A stretch of DNA of 32,000 nt from Nostoc punctiforme PCC 73102 (GTDB lineage: Bacteria > Cyanobacteriota > Cyanobacteriia > Cyanobacteriales > Nostocaceae): NCBI RefSeq assembly GCF_000020025.1, contig NC_010628.1, forward strand, positions 6,720,001 to 6,752,000, read 5' to 3'. Below the pieces are notes generated by a model that saw only the letters and a list, made by a program, of their open reading frames with translations, was not told the DNA's origin and did no database searches. Numbering within the stretch: position 1 is the first letter of the stretch; each line of letters starts with the position of its first letter. The position numbers and the translations under genes were made by a program. This document shows, in pieces, positions 27,319-32,000 of this stretch.

Positions 27319-27342
27319 AGTGGCAATTCATGAATTGCCACT
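27319..27342. repeat. Perfect 24-bp palindrome agtggcaattcatgaattgccact
   Basis: Exactly self-complementary. About 100 bp after the phosphoesterase stop and about 200 bp before the aldo/keto reductase start. Confidence 0.9.
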
Positions 27343-27538
27343 ACCGCCTGTAGTTTTGCATTATTCCTATCTTTATCTCAGACATTTCAAATTGCCATCG
27401 ATATTTCGGCTTCTTCAGTCTTTTCCTAATCTGTTCAAAAACTGTATCTTCAGCAAGATATTGTCAATTTTCCCTTGCATTTTGAATTGGCACACGGCTA
27501 TATGTACTTAAGTAATAGCTGAAAGACTTGGAGAACAG

Positions 27539-28501
27539 ATGTCAGGAACTACGCCAAATTCAGAAATGCAATATCGAGTTCTCGGTAGTACAGGAGAGAG
27601 AGTTTCTGCGATTGGATTGGGTGGTTGGCACATTGCCTTAAAACACGTTGATGAGCAACTGGCTATCCGAATTGTTAGAACAGCGATCGATCGCGGCATC
27701 ACTTTTATGGATAACAGTTGGGATTACAACGGTGGAGTCAGTGAGATTCGTATGGGAAAAGCCCTGCGCGATCGCTACCGTGACAAAGTTTTCCTGATGA
27801 CGAAAATCGATGGACGCTCTAAAAAAGAAGCAGCAAGACAACTAGACGAATCGCTTCAACGCCTGCAAGTTGATTGCATCGATCTCGTTCAGCACCACGA
27901 AATTCTTCGACACGAAGATCCGCATCGAGTTTTTGACGAAGAAGGGGCGAATGCTGCTTTTCTTGAGGCGAAACAAGCCGGCAAACTCCGATATATTGGT
28001 TTTACTGGGCATAAAGACCCCTATGTTCATCTTCATATGTTGGAAGTTGCAGCCGCAAACGGGTTTAAATTTGATACAGTGCAGATGCCGCTCAATGTCA
28101 TGGATGCTCACTATCGGAGTTTTGCAAAGCTGGTTGTGCCAGAACTGGTTAAACAAAACATCGGCGTTCTGGGAATGAAAAGCTTGGCAAACGGTATTCT
28201 TTTACGGTCAAATACTGTAACGCCAATTGAGTGTTTACACTATGCTTTGAATCTGCCCACATCGGTTGTGATTACCGGAATTGACAGCATAGAGATTCTA
28301 GAGCAAGCTTTTGAAGCAGTGCGGACTTTCCAGCCGATGAATGACGAGCAAGTGCGATCGCTCTTAGCAAAAACAGCAGAAGCAGGATCGCGTGGTGAGT
28401 TTGAGCCTTTCAAAACTTCATCAATCTTTGATAGCACTGCCCAAAATCCAGATTGGCTAGGAGAAGAACCACAGCGCCTCCAGCAATTGATGTCAGCATG
28501 A
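27539..28501 (+). CDS. Aldo/keto reductase family oxidoreductase
   Basis: GLGGWHI, FMDNSWDYNGGVSEIRMGKAL, IDLVQHHE, GFTGHK and the overall ~320-aa AKR architecture. Confidence 0.9.
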   Translation: MSGTTPNSEMQYRVLGSTGERVSAIGLGGWHIALKHVDEQLAIRIVRTAIDRGITFMDNSWDYNGGVSEIRMGKALRDRYRDKVFLMTKIDGRSKKEAARQLDESLQRLQVDCIDLVQHHEILRHEDPHRVFDEEGANAAFLEAKQAGKLRYIGFTGHKDPYVHLHMLEVAAANGFKFDTVQMPLNVMDAHYRSFAKLVVPELVKQNIGVLGMKSLANGILLRSNTVTPIECLHYALNLPTSVVITGIDSIEILEQAFEAVRTFQPMNDEQVRSLLAKTAEAGSRGEFEPFKTSSIFDSTAQNPDWLGEEPQRLQQLMSA

Positions 28502-28547
28502 TGCTTTTTTAGTGCTGTCTCTGGAAGAGGTTCACACATCGACTATG

Positions 28548-28727
28548 CTACCACTGATATCTTTCTGGTTTCATTCGCTCCCAAGCAAAATTCATTTTTA
28601 CCCAAGCATCCCGCCAGTAACTTTTAAAACTATGCCCTCCGGCTCTGAGTGCGCGATGATGACCAATCCAGACTAGAATCACTGGTACAAAACTCAGCAT
28701 TAGCCTTGTAGTAGGTGTACCACTCAT
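28548..28727 (-). CDS. Possible 59-aa small membrane protein (just below the ORF-track cut-off)
   Basis: My own translation is MSGTPTTRLMLSFVPVILVWIGHHRALRAGGHSFKSYWRDAWVKMNFAWERMKPERYQW. A 48-codon ORF in another frame (28630..28776) overlaps it, which may indicate a frameshifted remnant. Confidence 0.2.
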   Translation of the reverse strand: MSGTPTTRLMLSFVPVILVWIGHHRALRAGGHSFKSYWRDAWVKMNFAWERMKPERYQW

Positions 28728-28885
28728 CAGATGTTGTGATTGAAGATAAAGTAGGTAAGAGTTTATGAGGATTCATTAAAACTCCAAATGTGTGTGGCAT
28801 TGTATTGTTTTAATGATTCCCAAAACTGACTCTAAACTCCTTAGACTGTAATTGCGATCGCTACGTTATCTAATGCAACCTTCTG

Positions 28886-28969
28886 CAATGCCATTGTTTT
28901 GACTGACAATGCTATTGTTTCGGCTGACAATGCCATTGCTTCGACTGACAATGCCATTGTTTTGACATG
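28886..28969. repeat. Four contiguous 21-bp direct repeats, each containing CAATG-N-CATTG
   Basis: The units are caatgccattgttttgactga / caatgctattgtttcggctga / caatgccattgcttcgactga / caatgccattgttttgacatg (28886, 28907, 28928, 28949). Confidence 0.95.
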
Positions 28970-29082
28970 CAAAAATTAACTCACGGTTTTTTAACCTTGT
29001 TCGATCTAAAAATCTCACTTTATTGCTAGTTTTTTTGTCCCAATGGGCACATTAAAGGTATATCCTATACCAGTATATTTAT

Positions 29083-29457
29083 ATGACCACCCAAGATAGA
29101 ACACGCCGTTTGCCCTCTCAATCAATTAGTCAAGATATAACCTCATTGCACGGTTTGCAAACTATCACCACATACAATACAAGCCGTGCTGATGCGTCTG
29201 TAGCAAATTTACAGCAAGCTTATCAGACTATGTTGGCGCAGAAACAAGCCGAAACCGAAAAACTAACTTTATACCGTGCTGCTACTGATGCTGCACGGTT
29301 AGCAGAATGGGAATTTCATAATGCTGTATTAGCGATGAAAGAAGTTGTACGCGGACAATACGGTTCGGATAGCGATCAAGCCCAAGCAGTTGGACTGAAG
29401 AAAAAATCAGAACGCAAACGTCCCAACCGGAAAAAGTCAGTTGCAATCGCAATTTAA
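29083..29457 (+). CDS. Hypothetical protein (124 aa), helical with a basic C-terminal tail
   Basis: ORF with plausible composition. The C-terminus KKKSERKRPNRKKS is strongly basic. No family recognised. Confidence 0.45.
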   Translation: MTTQDRTRRLPSQSISQDITSLHGLQTITTYNTSRADASVANLQQAYQTMLAQKQAETEKLTLYRAATDAARLAEWEFHNAVLAMKEVVRGQYGSDSDQAQAVGLKKKSERKRPNRKKSVAIAI

Positions 29458-29688
29458 TTAATTGAACAGCGATCGCTAACTTTTACCCAAGTGCGTTAGC
29501 ATAGCTCACCGTAGGTATCGCCCGTCCATATCTAAAATCTGTCTTTGATTTGCAGCAAAAAAATCTTTCCTAAAAATTCAATCTATCAAAATAGTGAATT
29601 CTTTTCATAACTAATGATGTAAGAACTTCTATCTAGGGATCGATATGGTGAATAAGCTAAATAAAGTAGATTTAGTATACTAAATCAC

Positions 29689-30150
29689 ATGAGATTGTAT
29701 TGTATGAAATCGAATTATTTTACAAAACAGCTATCCACCGTAAAACGCTGGATGACTACAACACTGTTTTGTATGTTAGCAATCGCTTTCGTTTGGCAAG
29801 GTGCGTTTTTCTCGAACACCTCAGCAATGGCTGAACCTACTGCAACCTTGATCGCATCAAAAGACGCAGGCGATAAAGTTCAAGAAAAAACCAGTAAAGA
29901 TGCTGGACGAGCCAAAAATTTTATCGACGATACGGCAGATAAAGTTAAGGATGCTGCCAAAAGTAATGCCAGTAAAGTTGACCAAGCAACAGACGGTGGT
30001 AGTTTTGCTGAACGCAAAGCAAAAAGAGATGCGGCTACAATTCAGAAAAGAGCAAACGAAGATGCATCTCGGACTAAAGAAGCAGTAGACAACACAAAGA
30101 ATGTTGTTGAGCGTACCGTTGATAACATCAAGGATGCTTTTGGTAAATAG
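29689..30150 (+). CDS. Exported LEA-like/low-complexity K-D-A-rich protein
   Basis: Hydrophobic leader ending AMA-EP (candidate signal peptidase site). It is followed by repeated hydrophilic segments (KDAGDKVQEKTSKDAGRAKNFIDDTADKVKDAAKSNASKVDQ...). The start is ambiguous (29689, 29704 or 29752). Confidence 0.6.
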   Translation: MRLYCMKSNYFTKQLSTVKRWMTTTLFCMLAIAFVWQGAFFSNTSAMAEPTATLIASKDAGDKVQEKTSKDAGRAKNFIDDTADKVKDAAKSNASKVDQATDGGSFAERKAKRDAATIQKRANEDASRTKEAVDNTKNVVERTVDNIKDAFGK

Positions 30151-30185
30151 CAATCTAATTTGATTTCGTTCAAATCAAAAGGCTT

Positions 30186-30226
30186 AGATCCCCGATTTCT
30201 CAAATAAATCGGGGATCTTGTTGTTG
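30186..30226 (+). terminator. Rho-independent terminator / repeat hairpin
   Basis: Perfect 13-bp stem (agatccccgattt with aaatcggggatct), 7-nt loop, then tgttgttg. Confidence 0.65.
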
Positions 30227-30395
30227 AGGAAGATTATTAAGTAAATAAATACTGAATGTATTTAAAATAGTTAAGTATTTTTAAATACATATTTGTTGCA
30301 CCTAGATTAACTAGCGATCGCAGATAAAATTAGCTGCTATAGAACTCATATTTTGATTTTTAAAAAACTCAGTACAACTTAAAAAGCCTTCTTTA

Positions 30396-30423
30396 CCTCT
30401 TGCCTCTTGCCTCTTGCCTGCCC
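30396..30423 (+). repeat. Heptamer array (CCTCTTG x3, then CCTGCCC)
   Basis: Read directly. Followed by acgctagtaagtatggctacggcacgcg, which resembles the dispersed-repeat core. Confidence 0.85.
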
Positions 30424-30652
30424 ACGCTAGTAAGTATGGCTACGGCACGCGAATAAGAGAAAAAATAATTGTTAAATTGTTTGCTAGCAATTAGGCTGCT
30501 CGTCGTATAGCTGGAAACAGAATATTTAACTTTCTTTTTTAATCGTTTAAAAAGCCAAAAGCGAGCGAGCTAGTTAAGGAATTTCCGCAAAACAATTTTG
30601 AAAAGTTGATTTTATATACAAATCATGTAATCTATTTAAGTGACATTACTTA

Positions 30653-30681
30653 TTGACAAATGTGCTGTGGCTTTATGTAAT
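30653..30681 (+). promoter_or_regulatory. Candidate sigma70-type promoter upstream of dxs
   Basis: TTGACA (30653-58), a 17-nt spacer, then TGTAAT (30676-81), about 180 nt upstream of the dxs ATG. This is a pattern match only, in AT-rich DNA. Confidence 0.2.
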
Positions 30682-30858
30682 TACAACCTGATTTTGACAA
30701 TTTGTTAATGGTTAACAAATTTTCCACCATTATTAATTACGAAGTTATACTTTCCACTACAACTTAGTAACAATGTAAGAGTGTGATTATATGGACAACC
30801 CGACCGTGGGAAAATCAAAATACTGAAAAAGTGAAATTAGAGAGGAAAACACTATAAT

Positions 30859-32000
30859 ATGCACTTGAGCGAAATCACCCATCCTAATCAGTTGCACGGT
30901 TTATCTGTTCGCCAACTGCAACAGATTGCCCGTCAGATTCGAGATAAGCATCTCCAAACCGTAGCAGTTAATGGTGGACACTTGGGGCCAGGGTTGGGTG
31001 TTGTAGAATTAACACTAGGACTTTACCAGACACTGGATTTAGATCGGGATAAAGTGATTTGGGATGTAGGACACCAAGCTTATCCCCACAAACTGCTTAC
31101 AGGACGCTACGATCGCTTCCACACCCTTAGACAAAAGGACGGAGTTGCAGGTTATCTCAAACTCTGTGAAAACAAATTTGATCACTTTGGGGCTGGACAT
31201 GCTTCTACAAGTATTTCAGCAGCATTAGGCATGGCTTTAGCGCGAGACTTGAAAGGCGAAAAATTTAAAGCCGTCGCTGTTATTGGGGATGGGGCGCTGA
31301 CTGGAGGTATGGCATTAGAAGCCATCAACCATGCGGGACACATGCCAAAAACTAACCTGTTGGTTGTTCTCAACGACAACGACATGTCCATATCTCGCAA
31401 CGTCGGCGCAATTCCCCGCTATCTGAACAAAATGCGCCTCAGCCAGCCGGTGCAATTTATTAAAGATAATCTTGAGGAACAATTTAAGCAGATTCCCTTC
31501 GTGGGTGAATCTCTGTCTCCCGAACTCGGACGCATCAAAGAAGGTATGAAACGTTTGGCTGTTCCCAAGGTAGGGGCAGTGTTTGAAGAACTCGGCTTTA
31601 CCTACATTGGACCAGTAGATGGGCATAATCTCGAAGAATTGATTACCACCTTTCAACAGGCACATCAGATACAAGGCCCTGTTTTAGTACATGTGGCAAC
31701 AGTGAAAGGCAAAGGCTATGAAATTGCTGAACTAGATCAAGTTGGCTACCACGCCCAAAGTCCCTTTAACGTTGCAACTGGCAAAGCTATTCCTTCTAAT
31801 AAACCCAAACCTCCAGCTTATGCCAAAGTCTTTTCTCACACTCTGGTAAAACTTGCCGAACAAAACCCCAAAATCGTTGGGATTACTGCGGCTATGGCAA
31901 CGGGAACAGGTTTAGATAAACTTCAAGCCAAACTGCCCAATCAATATGTTGATGTCGGCATTGCTGAACAACACGCAATCACCCTAGCAGCAGGACTGGC
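30859..32000 (+). CDS. dxs: 1-deoxy-D-xylulose-5-phosphate synthase, N-terminal ~380 codons (runs off the window)
   Basis: My translation from the ATG at 30859 is [32 protein letters not shown]...[18 protein letters not shown]...[16 protein letters not shown]...[16 protein letters not shown]...[19 protein letters not shown]. These are the TPP-binding and Dxs signature blocks. Confidence 0.95.

Noticed and set aside
28886-28969. 21-bp repeats considered as a CRISPR array or coding repeat
   Set aside because: The repeats are contiguous with no spacers, and no long ORF spans them. I treat them as a regulatory or tandem-repeat feature instead.
1-32000. tRNA, rRNA, riboswitch and NtcA-box (GTA-N8-TAC) scan of intergenic regions
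   Set aside because: I found no T-loop-like GGTTCGAATCC-type sequences, no rRNA-like stretches, and no exact GTA-N8-TAC upstream of genes (the nearest was GTA-N9-TAC near 16185). Nothing supportable without tools.

Overview
This looks like a chromosomal segment from a filamentous, Nostoc/Anabaena-like cyanobacterium. Three things point that way. The HIP1 octamer GCGATCGC occurs about 28 times by my hand count. Heptamer tandem arrays and short dispersed repeats fill the intergenic spacers. The gene content is cyanobacterial. Well-supported housekeeping genes are mnmA, sat (ATP sulfurylase), psbA (D1, Q130 form), ppc (PEP carboxylase) and the 5' part of dxs. Between them sit accessory or poorly understood loci: (1) a low-GC, overlapping gene pair encoding an XRE-HTH/ImmA-IrrE metalloprotease and a PIN-like nuclease, tail-to-tail with a Uma2 endonuclease; (2) a Tat-signal pseudo-orthocaspase (catalytic His/Cys replaced by Tyr/Ser) followed by a membrane TPR protein; (3) three tandem PRC-barrel/DUF2382 (AvaK-like) paralogs followed by a KirBac-type K+ channel; (4) a two-gene operon encoding a 1003-aa protein (four unrecognised cytoplasmic repeats, one TM helix, an SGNH/DltD-like domain) and an MBOAT O-acyltransferase; (5) a GC-rich secreted metallophosphoesterase next to an aldo/keto reductase; (6) four phased 21-bp repeats, each with a CAATG-N-CATTG palindrome, in a divergent spacer. 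Short repeat sequences also appear in frame inside three coding regions (orthocaspase, third AvaK-like gene, ppc). I found no rRNA, tRNA, CRISPR array, transposase or integrase. All domain calls come from motif reading by eye, not database searches.
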